Shown piece by piece: positions 40,894-56,079 of a DNA stretch of 64,000 nucleotides. How positions within the stretch are numbered: the stretch's first letter is position 1; each line of letters opens with the position of its first letter. Location of the stretch: contig OX597820.1 in NCBI GenBank assembly GCA_951406725.2, positions 78,120,001 through 78,184,000 of the forward strand. Direction: 5' to 3'. The notes beneath the pieces are model-generated. The model was not told the DNA's origin, searched no databases, and saw nothing but the letters and a program-made list of their open reading frames with translations. This DNA is from Octopus vulgaris. Lineage: Eukaryota. The position numbers and the translations under genes are program-made.

Positions 40894-41814
40894 CGAGGTC
40901 TGATCGATAAGTATCCGGGCTGTTGCCATAGCAACGAAGCTAAAGACGCTTGACGAAGATTGACTCTGAACTCTGCTGTGCATGCGCACTAAGTTTTAAC
41001 GTTCAAGCTCAGTTCCGCTGTTTACAGCAGTGCTTAGAACGAAGGTGTGTAGCAGCGTGTGATCCTCACAAGGCCCATGACAGAGAAAGTTTCATGGCGA
41101 CACCTGCTCAGAGGCCTGTGCACAGTTGCAGAAAGTGTATGGAAAGGAGTGTATGAGCCTCACACATGTCTACGAGTGGTTCAGACATATCCAAGATGGC
41201 CGAAAAATTGTCGACATTGACGAACGTTCTGGGAGACCCTCAACCAGCAGACCTGGGAAAATCATCGCATATGCGCGTGCAGCTATGGAGCGAAATCATT
41301 GAATCGCCATCCACGAGTTATCAGAGGGTATGCAGATTAGTTACGGTTCATTTCTCTCCATATCACTGAAGATTTGGGTATGAGATGTATCTCTACCACG
41401 TTTGCGCCAAAACCGCTTTCAGCTGACCAAAAAGACACATGTGCTTGGGTTGAACAATATATTTTAATGGCTATACTGGCTTGCGGGTATGTATATGATA
41501 CCCTTTGAGTGTGCTGAGATGGATGAAAACTTTCTGAAAATTTTACACAGGGCTCTGAACAGGTATCGCCAAGTTTTGGCAAAATTTAAAACAAATTCTC
41601 TGCTCAACTTTCTCCGTCATAGTCAGTGAGACGACCGCACACTGCACACCTTCATTCCAAGCACTCCTATAAACAGCGGAAGTGAGCTAAAGCGTTAAAA
41701 CCTAGTGCGCATGCACAGCAGCGTTCAAAATAAATCTGCACTAAGTGGCTTTACTCTGTGTGCATTAGCTTCGTTACTATGGCAACAGTCCGGATACTTA
41801 TTGATCAGACCATG
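40894..41814. mobile_element. Non-autonomous mariner derivative made of two inverted 5' ends
   Basis: TA-flanked; ~200-bp or longer inverted repeats starting cgaggtctgatcgataagtatccgg; plus strand encodes VYEWFRHIQDGRKIVDIDERSGRPSTS; minus strand encodes MTEKVEQRICFKFCQ and LGDTCSE. Confidence 0.85.
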
Positions 41815-43769
41815 TATATGCACTTACATAAATACATGTATATATTTATATATACTTACATACACATGCAGAGCGTTCTTCCGCTCAAAATCGACTCATA
41901 GCACATAACACGTTGTTCTTTTGAGACTAGTAATGATGACATTTGGTGAAATAAGTGTAAAGGGGAACTTTAGTCGTTAAGAGATGTAGCACGTATCCAT
42001 CCATATACTCCTTCCAGCCAACTTGTTTTCGCACGCTTCCTCCTTTCACATTGGAATCTGAATGGTGTTTAAACTAATTATAAAGAAACGGAATTCTCAG
42101 TGGCGTCGTGTTTAAAAGTATGCCATCTCGTAAAAATCTATATGGTCAGTTAAACAATTACCATTTTACAGTTATATAAATGAATGTTTATTAAACACAG
42201 AATAAAACATTTAAAAGTTACTTTTCGTTAGGTATATGTACTTAATAGATAAATTCATTAATTCGACTTCCTGATTAAGCTGGTTTCGTGTGATGCATTC
42301 ACAAAAAAAAAAACTGGGGAGAAATCGATACCGAAAGAAATCGATAGAAGAGGTAATCTTACTGTTTGTGCAAATAGTGTTACATTTAAAAAATTTCAGA
42401 ATTTGAACTCATTTTCTATAATTTTACATATTTAAAAAAATCAGTATTATTTTCGTTTAGATGTTTATGATAATATGTAGTTTGATACAAATGAGATTGG
42501 GATTATGCAATGAGTCATTTTGGCGCTGCCTATTTGGCGTCGCTGATTTACGCTGACAGATTTGACATTAATATAACTTGTACTCACAACCTACAAGGAT
42601 ATAACTAAATACCTCTAAGTATTTTGTCCGAGTCCCCTTGAAGGCTGGCAACTTATCACTCTTATAACGATGATGCTAAAATTTCTATCAGTAAAAAATT
42701 ATATCGATTTTTATTGAAATATATTTTCATATTAACAAGCACAGCTTTGCTCATAAGTCACCTGATTTTGAATCCTATTTGCCATGTGATGTCGAATTAT
42801 ATTTGCCAAGTACAAGAGAAATTGTAATTGAATAATTGTATTATATACTTGCTTTCAGTGGTAGATAATGTAAAATTAACCTTCTACAAGGAAAACTCAA
42901 AACTTTGTCCATTCATTACTTTATATCACTCGTTACTCATTGTATAACACTTGTACATAATATACAATGACAGCCATAATTTGAATCATGTGATACTGTT
43001 GTGTTTGATGTAGACGTTAATTCTCCGACCACTGTTCCATACATGATGATTTTCGTGTACATAATATAATTCCAACTGTTGTGTCATATAACTAAGCGAT
43101 TAGTTACTATAGAGATAAATTCCAGATATTTTGTTCCGTGCTAAATCGCGCGGCGGCATGCAAATGGCCATCAACAATGTACATATCGCTGTCACCATTG
43201 ATTATCTCTAATATTATTACAACGATGTCTCTCCGATTACAGATAACACTAAAGAATACAGTAAAGTTGTATATTTTTATGAGAAAACAAAACGAAATAA
43301 AATTAATTTATCTACGGTGTTAAGCCTTATCAGATATCAAACAATTGCAGTTATCAATCGTATATTAATGTGTTATGTCACTTTGACATGCAGTCATACT
43401 GACACGATACGATATTATAATTAATATTTGATAATACATGCATATTTTTTTATGACTCAAATGTAATGGGATATTATCAAAGTGTAGTATCGCCATGAAT
43501 TGGCGGTAACAACACAGCATGTGATAAATTATCTGGCAGTTTTAGTTGTATCTATTTTTAATCTAAGTTCGATCATACAGTGCTCAACTTCATTTTTTTA
43601 ATGATTTAACTATAAAGAAAGGTATTGCCTATCATGCTAGTGGGAGAGGTAGTGGAACGTATCCATAAACCGGAAGTTTAGCCCAGATGCTTGAAATGAG
43701 ATAAACTCTACAAAAGGCAACCGAAATCAGAAGCGTTAATGTTAAACAGGGTAACCTGTTAACTCTACC

Positions 43770-43985
43770 ACCCACATTGGCCGGATGTTAATTCAGAACG
43801 CGAAGAATACGAACAAACACCGCAAGACGTCAAGTCCGATGATATTACGATTCTAATAATTCACAGCCTAAGCTTGATAACATTTTGTTGACCTGGAAAA
43901 AATAAAAAGCAAAGATAACCTCGACGGGATTTGAACTTATAGTGCTAAGTTTTATAAGGAATGCCACGTAGCATGTTAGCTGATT
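43770..43985 (-). mobile_element. Degenerate SINE family A pieces
   Basis: aaagcaaagataacctcgacgggatttgaactta and aattcagaacgcgaagaatacgaacaaacaccgcaag. Confidence 0.5.
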
Positions 43986-44142
43986 ACTGAAATATATATA
44001 TATATATACGTTTATGCACATATACATTCAATACAAACATACATATAGATACATATATATATATACATACATACATACATACACACACACATACATACAT
44101 AATACATACATACATACATGCATGCATGCATACATACATACA

Positions 44143-44176
<34 letters not shown>

Positions 44177-44207
44177 CATACATACATACGTGCATACCTA
44201 CACAAAT

Positions 44208-46194
44208 GATGGCCGCCCACTCGTGACCGAGGAAAACAATTACTGACCTTTAGGAACATTGCGCTCAGGATTACCTTATAATTTAGACATGCGGCTCCGT
44301 TGGTGGCTAACGAGACCTGCATTTGACAAACATACATAGCTGCAAACATTACAGACCTAGCTTTTCCCATTCATTACACTAGCAGGGCGTTTTCGAGCAG
44401 CACGCTTACATTTTTCATGCAGAACACGTGCTCTTTCTAAGTTATCGATTACCTTTCTTTCCTCCAACCGTGGCGATGGCAAGCATTGCTCTCCTAGTCG
44501 GCCACCCGCGTTCCGCAGGCCTTTAATGAGGACTTTAACAGTCCTTAAATCGCAGTCTTGGCTTCTGCCGGAGTTGCTTTCCACTAACAATTTCCCCATA
44601 AAGCATCTGTTTAGGGACCCTGCTATCATTCATTCTAATAAGATGTCCAGTCCAACGTAACCTGTGTTTGTGCAGCATCGCCTCAATACTCAGGATATCG
44701 GCCTTCCTCGGGTCATGTGTATCTGTAGGAATCAGCTGCTCTCTGTAGCCTGAAAGATATTTCATCATTCAGGGAGGAAGAACGGCTGAGGCTGCTACCC
44801 ACGTAGACAAACTTGTCTACCACTTTCGGTATTGTTCCTTCAACAAAGATAGCAGGATCCACATATGGATTTCCTGGTGCAGGCTGAAACATTACAACAG
44901 ACTTGTCCAATGCTGAGTCCAACTGCATTGCAAGAAGCAGGAATATGATTCCCAAATATTTGCATATCATCCGCTGTATGAGTGACTAAGTTACAGTCAT
45001 CTGCATAAGTTGACGCAGGTTAAAAAGACGGCCAGAAGATCAATACCTACCATATATCCCAAGAGAGCTGTCCACAGCAAAAGCATGAGTAAGAATAGCA
45101 GCAAAGTACAGAGAAAAGCGTGTTGGCGCAAGGATGTCACCCTACTTGACACCATTCTTTACATGAATAGGTCCCACCACCAACATTGACACAAACCTCC
45201 ATCCCGTCATGAAATGAATTGATTATTGATACGAAGTGATCCGGACATCGAAGTTTGCCAAGTATTTTCCATAGGAGGCCCTATTCACAGCATCAAAGGC
45301 CTTGGTTAAATAAATGAATACTTGGACAAGATCTATATTCTGCTCATAGCACTTCTCCTGCATCTGTCTGGCTGTAAAAATCATATCCATTGTTCCTCTT
45401 CCGGATTGGAAATCTCATTGTGATGCAGAGAGGACATCATTTACATGACATTCATTCAGGCGGGTAAGAAGAATACTTGCCAGAAACATCCCAGCAGAGG
45501 ATAATAGAGCAATACCTCTGTAGTTGCCACACTCTGCCCTGGCTTCTTTTACCTTTATAGAGAAGATAATAATTGCATCCATCCAGTCCTAAGGCATTGC
45601 ATCATCCCTCCATATTACACTAATAAGTTCATGAAGGGACTGTATGATGTGATCACCACCAAATAGCAGGACCTCAGCACAAATACCATCCTTACCAGGT
45701 GCCTTACCGAGATTCAATTTACTTATTGCTCTCATTACCCCATCTATTCAGCGCGTGAAATTTAAGGAGCAAATGACAGGTTTCTGTAGCATAGTACCAA
45801 TCACTGCTTCGTCCACAACTGACTCATGGTTTAGAAGTTCAGAAAAATGTTTAATCCACCGATCCATGATGTCTATTGATTTAGTAAATAGAGTAGAAGA
45901 CTCCTTGGAAAGCAGAGGAGCTGGTGCAGAGTTCTTCATAAGATGGTAAAGCTTCTTGCTGTCATTTGCATCAGCGGAAGCTTGAACATCACGATCAAGA
46001 TCCTCCCACTAAGTTCAACTGGTGGCCTTTGAACAGGTCTTGTTTTTTTAGTCCTGCTGGGTTTCTAGCAAACCGCCTCACCAGGTTAGCCTGGTGGGGT
46101 GCCGGTTTCATCGCCGACAATCTGACTATGCAACAGGTTGAACTGGGTTCCATGTTACCAATAGCATTCATCACAGCTTCACATGTGACCTGAC
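44208..46194 (-). mobile_element. RTE-clade LINE (RT, C-terminal Zn finger, probable 5' UTR; APE region deleted) within (TACA)n
   Basis: NYRGIALLSS, FINLTKAFDAVNR, NGVK*GDILAP, YADDC, KFVYVGSSLS, HKHRLRWTGHLIRMNDSRVPKQMLYGE. Confidence 0.9.
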
Positions 46195-46241
46195 ATATAT
46201 ACATACATACATTCATACATATATAAATACATTCATACATA

Positions 46242-47493
46242 CGAGGGACGTTCAATAAGTAATGCCCTGACCCACTTCCCATAGCTGTAGAGCAACGAAA
46301 CTTGGCACAGTTATTAGTCTTTTTCTACATAGGAACCACCCACAGTTACGCATTTCTCCCATCGATTGATGCAGCTCTGGAGACCGTTTTTGTAGAACCC
46401 AAGCTTGGTCCTCCAACCACGACGTGACTTCAGAAATCAAGACTGCATCATCTGGGAAACGCTTTCCTTTCAAAAACAACTTCATGGCTGGGAAGAGGTG
46501 AAAATCAGGAGGGTGCAAGGTCAGGAGAGTAGGGGGGATGCTGCACGCCTGTGCTTCTGATCTGGCGACACGCGATTGTGGACCGGAGCGTTGTCCTGCA
46601 GGAAGAGGATGCCTTTCTGATCTTGCCCCGCCTCTTGATTTTGATAGCTTTTCTTAATTTCCTCAAAAGTGAAGCATAATAGGCTCCTGTAATTATGGTA
46701 CCCTCCGTTCTGGTCCCAGAAGACTGTGAGCATGACCTTGCCAGCGGAGGGCTGCACCCTTGCCTTCTTTGGAGGAGGTGAGTCACGGTGCTTCCACTGC
46801 ATTGGCTGGGCTTTGGTCTCTGGATCATAGGGATGGACCCAGGTTTCATCCTGTGTAACCAGTCTTTTGAAAAAGTTTGACTCATTTTCTTGGCACATCT
46901 CCAAATTCATCCTCGAGCACTTGACGCGTTCTTGCTTCTGGAAAGGTGTGAGCAACCTGGGAATCCATCTGGCAGACACCTTTTGCATATGCAAATAGTC
47001 ATGAATGATAGTTTCCACAGACCCGGTACTAATCATGACCTCCTGGGCTATTTGGCGAATAGTTATGCGTCGATCTTCCAAAATAGCAGTCTCAACTTGA
47101 CGGACAGATGCCTCATCAATAGCAGAAGTGGGGTGACCTGATCTGGGAGCTGTTTCCACAGAGTTCCGATCATGTTTGAATTCACGATGCCAGCATTTTA
47201 CAAGGTCATATGATGGGGCGTCATCACCATAAGTTACTTTCATTTCATCAAAAGTCTCCCGTGGTGTGCGTCCTTCCAAATACAAAAACCGGATCACTGC
47301 TCGACACTCAACATGCTCCATTTCACACTTGACTCAGTTCAAACGCTTGTAAATCAGAAACCATAATTAGTTCAGAGCTGTAATTTACCACTTAATCTAT
47401 AGAGATATAAATAATTGCACATGAGAAATTTAATTTCAGCTCGATCAAACAACTGCGAGTGGGTCAGGGGCATTACCCATTGAATGTCCCTCG
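46242..47493 (-). mobile_element. Full-length mariner transposon (irritans/Himar1-like), 1252 bp
   Basis: TIRs cgagggacgttcaataagtaatgccc / gggcattacccattgaatgtccctcg, TA on both sides. Confidence 0.95.
46314..47321 (-). pseudogene. Frameshifted mariner transposase
   Basis: WIPRLL, VTQDETW, SAGKVMLTVFWD, LQDNAPVH, HPPYSPDLAP and DFHLFP are distributed over several frames. Confidence 0.92.
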
Positions 47494-48200
47494 TACATAC
47501 ATACATACATACATACATGCATGCATACATACATACATACATACATGCATATGCATATGTGTGTGTATGCGCGTGTGGATGCGTTTGTATATAGTTCAAA
47601 GGTAACAGTTGAATTTCTGTGACCAACATTTTAGATGTTTGCTCAAAAGTAGATATCTATATGTATATATGTATATATGTATATGTATATACACACACAC
47701 ACACACACACAAACACACATACACACACACATACATACACATATATATATGCATCATACATGAACTTAAAAAGTTCACCATATTGTACATGTATATTGAA
47801 AACGCTAATTTTATTGTATGTTCTGCTTTAGGATGGGTTCCTGTTGATAAATATTTTATTGCGGTTATTTGTTTGTACCAACGCTATGTCGAGTCAGTCA
47901 TTTCTGATATATTCTCCACTCTTGCAAGCATTGCACGTTCCGTTCACAAAATGCTGTCACTTGCTGATTCATCTACTTTGCTAAATGGACTTCTAAATTG
48001 ATATAAAACACTTTAATGCCTAAAGTTGCATAACACACTAAACCAATTACATGTCTTATATGTTAAAATCCTCCAACTACGCAGTTTATATAGAAACGTA
48101 AATATGTATATATATATATATATATATATTATGGAATAACATATTGTATGTGTGTATGTGTATATTCATACATACATATATATATGTATGTATGTATGTA

Positions 48201-48263
<63 letters not shown>

Positions 48264-49419
48264 ATATACATACATATATATGTATGTATGCATGCATGTA
48301 TGTATGTATGCATGCGTGTACATACGAAATTGGAAGTGTTTTTTTTTTCTAGTAAGCTTCAATGATTCGATACATTTGCAATGGCACACATCGCTTGGTT
48401 TTGATATCATTAACTATATTTTTTTTCTATATTCGTAACGGTTCCTCAACCCTTATACATCACACTAAAGTGAGGTAATTCTGAATACTGTAAACATTAT
48501 ACGTTTTGTCAGTATACTAAGCATAAAAGCCAAACCTATCTTACTGCCACATATACCCTTCTGCCTTTCAATAAATTTAGAAGTCCGCTGCATGTTTTTC
48601 TTACATATGCTTAAGAAGCGGAATGATCACAGATTAGTTTTACACATAACCTGTTCGATCAGTATTTATCAATTTTACAATCATAAAGTGAAGTTTTGCA
48701 TCAGCTTTTAATGATATCAGGTCTTATCTGTATTTCATTGTTTCATAGAATCTTGTTTATCATACAATGATCTTGTATAACAAACCGGCATATACGATCT
48801 AACTACAATTTAGACATATCTATTCTTAATCTTAGTGTGGGAACATTGTTTTAGTATGTTTATGTGTGTATATGTACATGTGTGCATATTTGTGCATATA
48901 TGTGTATCGTGTAGGTGTGTGTGTATCTGTGTGAAAAACAACGAATGGATTTCAAAGAGCAAAAAATGTTATACTACACAAAATATGTAGAAAACCTCAT
49001 CGTTTTTTTTTAATCATAAATGAACATGAAAGCAAACGCGAGTACATATATATGACAAGAGGTTTACGTATAGAAAAATATAGGACTTGTGGGAGTAGTT
49101 TTTAGCTGATATTAATCAATATTCAAGCGGTGGCTGTGACCGACACGTTACTAATTTATAAGCGACATAATTTTGGGTAAAATGTTAATTCACCAATATC
49201 GTATCCGAGATTAAAAATACTATTTTACTGAATAGTAATATTAAAAGCGATGTACTGCTTATGCTTTTCTGATTTATGATTTATGATAATACAGTTCCAT
49301 ATTTAAGAGATGAGGGCTTATGAGCATTATTTACATTATTATGTGTAGGTGTGTATGAATACACATTTGTGTATATGTATGTATCGCGTAGATGTATGTG
49401 TGCCTTAACCACAAAGCCA

Positions 49420-50190
<771 letters not shown>

Positions 50191-50293
50191 TAACGTATGA
50201 TTTATGAATTTTGATTTTTGAATAGCCAGTTATGTACAAATTGAAACACTTAAGTATATATGTATGCATATATGAGTATCTCCCTCCCTGTCT

Positions 50294-50497
<204 letters not shown>

Positions 50498-50757
50498 GCA
50501 TTTGGCAAACTCCGTCATAGCCTCTAGAATGAAAGAAGCATTAAACTTGACACCAATGTACAGGTCTATAAAACTGCCATTCTTACTAAACTCTTGCATG
50601 ACTCAGAATCGTGAATAGTCTGTAGACGACACATTAATCAACTAGAAATCTTCCATAAAGGTTTTCTCAGGACAATATGCGGTTATACACTAAAAGACAG
50701 AGTTTCCAATACCGACCTGTTTAGCAAGTGTAAGATTGGTGGAGTCGAGTGCTTCCA
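50498..50757 (+). mobile_element. RTE-clade LINE fragment
   Basis: [73 protein letters not shown]. Confidence 0.75.
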
Positions 50758-51049
50758 CTTTCACATTCTCTAATAACGTGTTCACACGCCATATAAAGTA
50801 AAACTATATGGAAAAATATTTTTTAAAGTTTTGATCTATTTTATCAGTTGGTAGTTTGATGCACCTGTGTTTCAGAAGGTACTTTCATATCCGGCTGCAT
50901 TTAGTAAATACCTATATTCTCTACAATTTACATAACATATATACGTGCGTGCATGTCTCCATGTAGAAACAGGATTACGGTTTTAGAGTTCTTATAGGGT
51001 TTCGTAACTCGTTTTTTGATCATCTTTCATCTTATGGGTCCCCAAGTTT

Positions 51050-51363
51050 AGAGAATGAAAGGCTGGAAGAAATGAAATGAAGGAAAAAGGAAGGACGACA
51101 ATGAAAAAGGAGGAAGATGAATGAGGATGAAAAGAGGAGGAGGAGTAGAAATATTAAGAGACGAAGAAGAGAAAGAAGGAGGAGATGGAGAAGGTGATGG
51201 AGGAGGGAAAGTGTGCAAGAAGACGTGTTGATGATGGTGAAATATTAGGGTGTGGTGGAAGAGAAGGATAAAGTTGTAGCAGCAGCTGATGTTGCTGATG
51301 GTGATGATGATGAAGACGATGATGATGATGATGGAGAAGAAGAAGAAGAAGAAGAAGAAGAAG

Positions 51364-51397
<34 letters not shown>

Positions 51398-51422
51398 TCA
51401 ACAGCAACAACAACAACAAGAG
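51050..51422. repeat. Purine-rich low-complexity tract grading into (GAT)n-(GAA)n-(CAA)n
   Basis: Direct inspection. Confidence 0.85.
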
Positions 51423-51646
51423 GTTTATGAAAATACAACATAATGTAGTTCAAAACCCTAACTCAGTCTAACAGTCTCCCTTTTTCCCTTCCTTTTCACA
51501 TTTACAATTTACATTAAAAAAAAACATCACTTCTATTTTCTATCCGTTTATAAACTTTTTATGATTATTTCTTTATTATAACTCAGAAATTGATGCTGTA
51601 AAAGCAATTCAAAGCTAAATATTCATCATATTTCTCACAATTTCTA

Positions 51647-52046
<400 letters not shown>

Positions 52047-52743
52047 TTTTTCAAGATTGCTTGAATTTATTGCAGTAACACTTCAAGAAGCAGTAATAAG
52101 ATATTGTTGATTAGCAGTTCTTTTTCATGTTTTCTACTATTTCTTTTCTTTTTTGGGGTGGTTTTACATGTATATTATCTCTTTCTTTCTCTTCATGTCT
52201 TTAAATTCTTGCGTATATACTTTTCGAAACAGAAATTACATAAAAAAATTTCCTTTCTTGCTATATTGGAAAATGAAGGGAAGCCATATTTTAGTGTCGA
52301 ATACAACGCTTTCAATACGTTCTCATATTTTATTTAATATCAAATTTTATGTCTGTACCTTATTTCTACTTTTGTTTCTACAACACAATTCTCTTCTCTT
52401 TTTTTTTCACAGACATACCGATACACATTTCTATTGAAACATTGCAATGTCTGAATGTCCTGTTTCACCGGTAAATAGCACGAGTTAAGAACACATAGTA
52501 TTTAAAGTGGAGAAATGTTATGTTCTCTGGTGACGAAAAATAACAGCCATCAAATATTCACATTCAAATATAATCTGCCACAACTTAGCTGGAATGGATA
52601 GAGACCTTATGTATATAACAGACTAATGCACGCACACACGCGAGCGCGCACACACACATATAAAAACACACAAACACAGGTAAACTTACACATGCAACAA
52701 CTATTTCTCGTTCTATCTCTCTGCGTATATACACACACACATA

Positions 52744-53180
52744 GGCGCAGGAGTGGCTGTTGGCATAGGCGCACGAGTGGCTGTTTGGTAAGTAGCTTGC
52801 TAACCAACCACATGGTTCCGGGTTCAGTCCCACTGCGTGGCATCTTGGGCAAGTGTCTTCTGATATAGCCCCGGGCCGACCAATGCATTGTGAGTGGATT
52901 TGGTAGACGGAAAGTGAAAGAAGCCTGTCGTATATATGTATATATATATAAGTGTGTGTGAATATGTTTGTGTGTCTGTGTTTGTTCCCCTAGCATTGCT
53001 TGACAACCGATGCTGGTGTGTTTACGTCCCCGTCACATAGCGGTTCGGCAAAAGAGACCGATAGAATAAGTACTGGGCTTACAAAGAATAAGTCCCGGGG
53101 TCGATTTGCTCGACTAAAGGCGGTGCTCCAGCATGGCCGCAGTCAAATGACTGAAACAAGTAAAAAGAGAAAAAGAGTAT
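52744..53180 (+). mobile_element. SINE family B, full length, with a short duplication of the head
   Basis: ataggcgcaggagtggctgttggc followed by ataggcgcacgagtggctgtttggtaagtagcttgc; remainder collinear with 25458. Confidence 0.9.
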
Positions 53181-54441
53181 ATACATAATACACACACACA
53201 TATATGTATGTGTGAGTGTATGTGAATATACGTTAAGCATGAAACATGGATTTCTGTTTTGCTTTAATACTAACTTAATTACGAATACTGATTTTATTCA
53301 GGGCGTCTGCGACTGCTTCGTTCACTGCAATGAAGAGACGATGGGATTCTATACTCGATCTCATGGCAAAGTTCTCGAGAACACAGGTCTATAGATCAAC
53401 AAGATGAAGCGTTGCAATTTATGCATAACTAAACGCGCGAGAATCCTAACAGATTTACTCGAACCAGTGAGTATCCTTAACTCCAGAACGGAGATTTTCG
53501 AGCCATGTTTACATTACAGGAGGTTCCTGGTAACTTTTTGAAGCCCGTCCACAAGGCGGCATTACAGCCGGAAGCCGATAGCCAGTAGCAAAGGGAGATA
53601 ATCCCCAATTGTTACCTTTACGCAGTGACGCATTTCCCCCTCCATATTTTAAGAGGTCATTGGCCAACAAGTTTTGGGGATAATGGACGGTAAATCTAAG
53701 GTAATCCCATAAGCCGGCCTTCTCCCGTTCAGTATATACTGCCCTACATCATAGAGTATGCGCCTATAATGTACAAAGATGAGACATGTGCCCTCTATTT
53801 GTCCCAAAATTATACGTTTATTTTTAGCGCCCTTGCTGATGAAGAACAAGGATAACAAATTATTTTATTTGTTCATTAAAGTTCAAAGCCTAGGAACAAG
53901 TGGTAACTATTGAAAACTGAACCGCAGTAGTTAATTGTAATACCGAAGAGGAAGCTACAATGAACTGCTCCTCTGACCAGTACGTGATTCTCCCTTTATA
54001 CATTGGACGTCTTGTGACCAAAGTCAGGGTCTCATTGGGACCAGGCCAATTTTGAAAAAGACTTGATAGTGCATATTCTTAGAAAATATTCTGAATCTGC
54101 TACACTTTCGGGACTCACAATACATGACGAGATACATGTTTGCGGGATGGAATGAATAAAATGACACAATTTCATCATATTTACACAAAACTGTTTTATT
54201 TAATATTCTTTTTCCTTTCCTTCTCTTTCTTTTTCTCTTTTTTCCTGTCTTTGTGGTTCACCAGTTATAAGCTTGAAAACTGAAGACTGATCTTGCCATT
54301 CCATTAACATGGTAACACTGGTTGCCCTCGTTTATATTTTGGATTTGAATTTCTATAATTTTGAATTTCTATGTATCACTTCCCATTTTGAACTCGACAA
54401 AGATAGGCTAGCTGTCGAAATATCGTTCAATTGATAAAATA

Positions 54442-55720
54442 CCAGGTCATCCCATGAGTTCTCTCTGATTTTACTTTTTTTTAAATTGAATGAAATTTAA
54501 CAGTATTTTAGAATGTCTAATGGAATTTAAAATTATTTTTATGCATTTGGGTACATGTAAACAAATTAAATATGTTAACATTTAATGTTAAACATAATAG
54601 TATTAACATTTCTTTGATTAAGACTCTTTCTAACATGGAAGTATCCAAAGAGCCTTTAAAGCACATAATGTTTAATGAGAACAAAAAAGGAAGCTCTGCA
54701 GCCGAAGCGACTCGAAACATACACTCAGATTATGGGAAAGATTGCTTGAATGAAAGAACTTGCAGAAGATGGTTTGCAAAATTCAGAAGTGGAGATTTCA
54801 GTCTTGAAGATGAAGATCGAACAGAAAGTCCAGTTGCGTTTGATGATAAGCTCCTTGAAGCATTACTTGAAGAAAATCCTGCATTATCAGTTGAAGAATT
54901 AGCAATAAAGCTTAGTTCAAACCATACAACTGTTCATCGTCATTTTCAACTGCTTGGAAAGATTCCTAAACTTGGAAAATGGATACCTCATGAATTGTCC
55001 AAAAGCAACTGAAAATCCCTCTCCATTCTCTCGAACTCATTTCACCCTTTTTGGAGGGACTTGTGGCTGGGACGGTAAATGGATCTTCCATCGAAATGTT
55101 AAACGTCGTAAACAGTGGCATGGTAAAAGGGAAAAGGATCAACCACAATCAAGAAGGGAACTTCATGAAAAAGGTTTCTTCTCTCTATCTGGTAGGATTG
55201 CAAAGGAGTAATTCAGTTAGAATTTTCACCACCTAATGCAACAATCAATGCTCAAGTCTACTGTCAGCAATTAGAGCGATGCAACCAAGCTTTGAAGAAA
55301 AAAGTAGACCTACTTTTGTGAATCGAAAAGGAGTGTTGTTTCATCAGGACGATGCGCGACCTCACACTGCAAAGATCACATCACAGAAGATCGAAGAGCC
55401 TGGTTGGGAAAAAATTCCTCATTCACCATACTCTCCCGAACTTGAACCTTCAGACTACCATCTGTTTCGTAGTTTACAGAATCATTTGGGGGACATATCT
55501 CTAGCAAGCCATGAGGAGCTCGAAACTGACATTTCAGAGTATTTCGCTTTGAAACCCAAAATGTTTTACATTGATGGGATTTAGAATAGATGGAAATAGA
55601 TGGAAGGAAGTTATAGATAATCAGGGAAAGTACATTCATGATTAAATTTCAATTAAATATGACGTTAGATCATTTGTTTTCTTTATTCAAAATTCGGACA
55701 GAACTTATGGGATGATCTGA
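54442..55720 (+). mobile_element. Full-length mariner transposon of a second subfamily, 1279 bp
   Basis: TIRs ccaggtcatcccatgagttctctctgattt / aaattcggacagaacttatgggatgatctga, TA on both sides. Confidence 0.92.
54635..55645 (+). pseudogene. Disrupted mariner transposase
   Basis: RTCRRWFAKFRSGDFSLEDEDR, WIPHEL, HQDDARPHTA, HSPYSPELEPSDYHLFRSL; stops and frameshifts. Confidence 0.92.
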
Positions 55721-55741
55721 TATATATTGCAATCTAATCTA

Positions 55742-55742
55742 A

Positions 55743-55820
<78 letters not shown>

Positions 55821-55826
55821 TATTAA

Positions 55827-55860
<34 letters not shown>
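55742..55860. repeat. (CAT)n/(ATT)n microsatellite
   Basis: Direct inspection. Confidence 0.95.
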
Positions 55861-55861
<1 letters not shown>

Positions 55862-56065
55862 AAGGCGGTGAGCTGGCAGAATTGTTGGACGAAATGGTTA
55901 GCGGTATTTCGCCCATCGCTACGGTCTGAGTTCAAATTCCGTCAAGATCGACTTTAACTTTTATCCTTTCGGGGCAATAAATTAAGTATCATTTGTGTAC
56001 TATGATCGATCTCCTCAACTGACCCCCTCTCCCAAATTTCTGGACTTGTGCCTATAATAGAAATT
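55862..56065 (+). mobile_element. SINE family A, alternative tail
   Basis: aaggcggtgagctggcagaattgtt...tctgagttcaaattccg...ttttatcctttcgggg...aaatttctggacttgtgcctataatagaaa. Confidence 0.8.
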
Positions 56066-56079
56066 AATATTATTAATAT

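Noticed and set aside
42505-43175. Possible decayed MULE-like DNA transposon (tttggcg subrepeats, inverted end)
   Set aside because: Terminal match and peptide similarity are too weak to support by eye.
45990-46194. HDV-like ribozyme in the putative RTE 5' UTR
   Set aside because: A hairpin (caccagg-ctaa-cctggtg) is present, but I could not build the nested double pseudoknot by eye; needs a descriptor search on the family consensus.
51252-51443. Acidic/poly-Q ORF resembling a low-complexity protein segment
   Set aside because: Made entirely of compound trinucleotide repeats, with no splice or homology support.
53290-54130. GC-richer stretch that might be a host exon or an R2/NeSL-like relic
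   Set aside because: No long open frame or diagnostic motif; unresolved without BLASTx.
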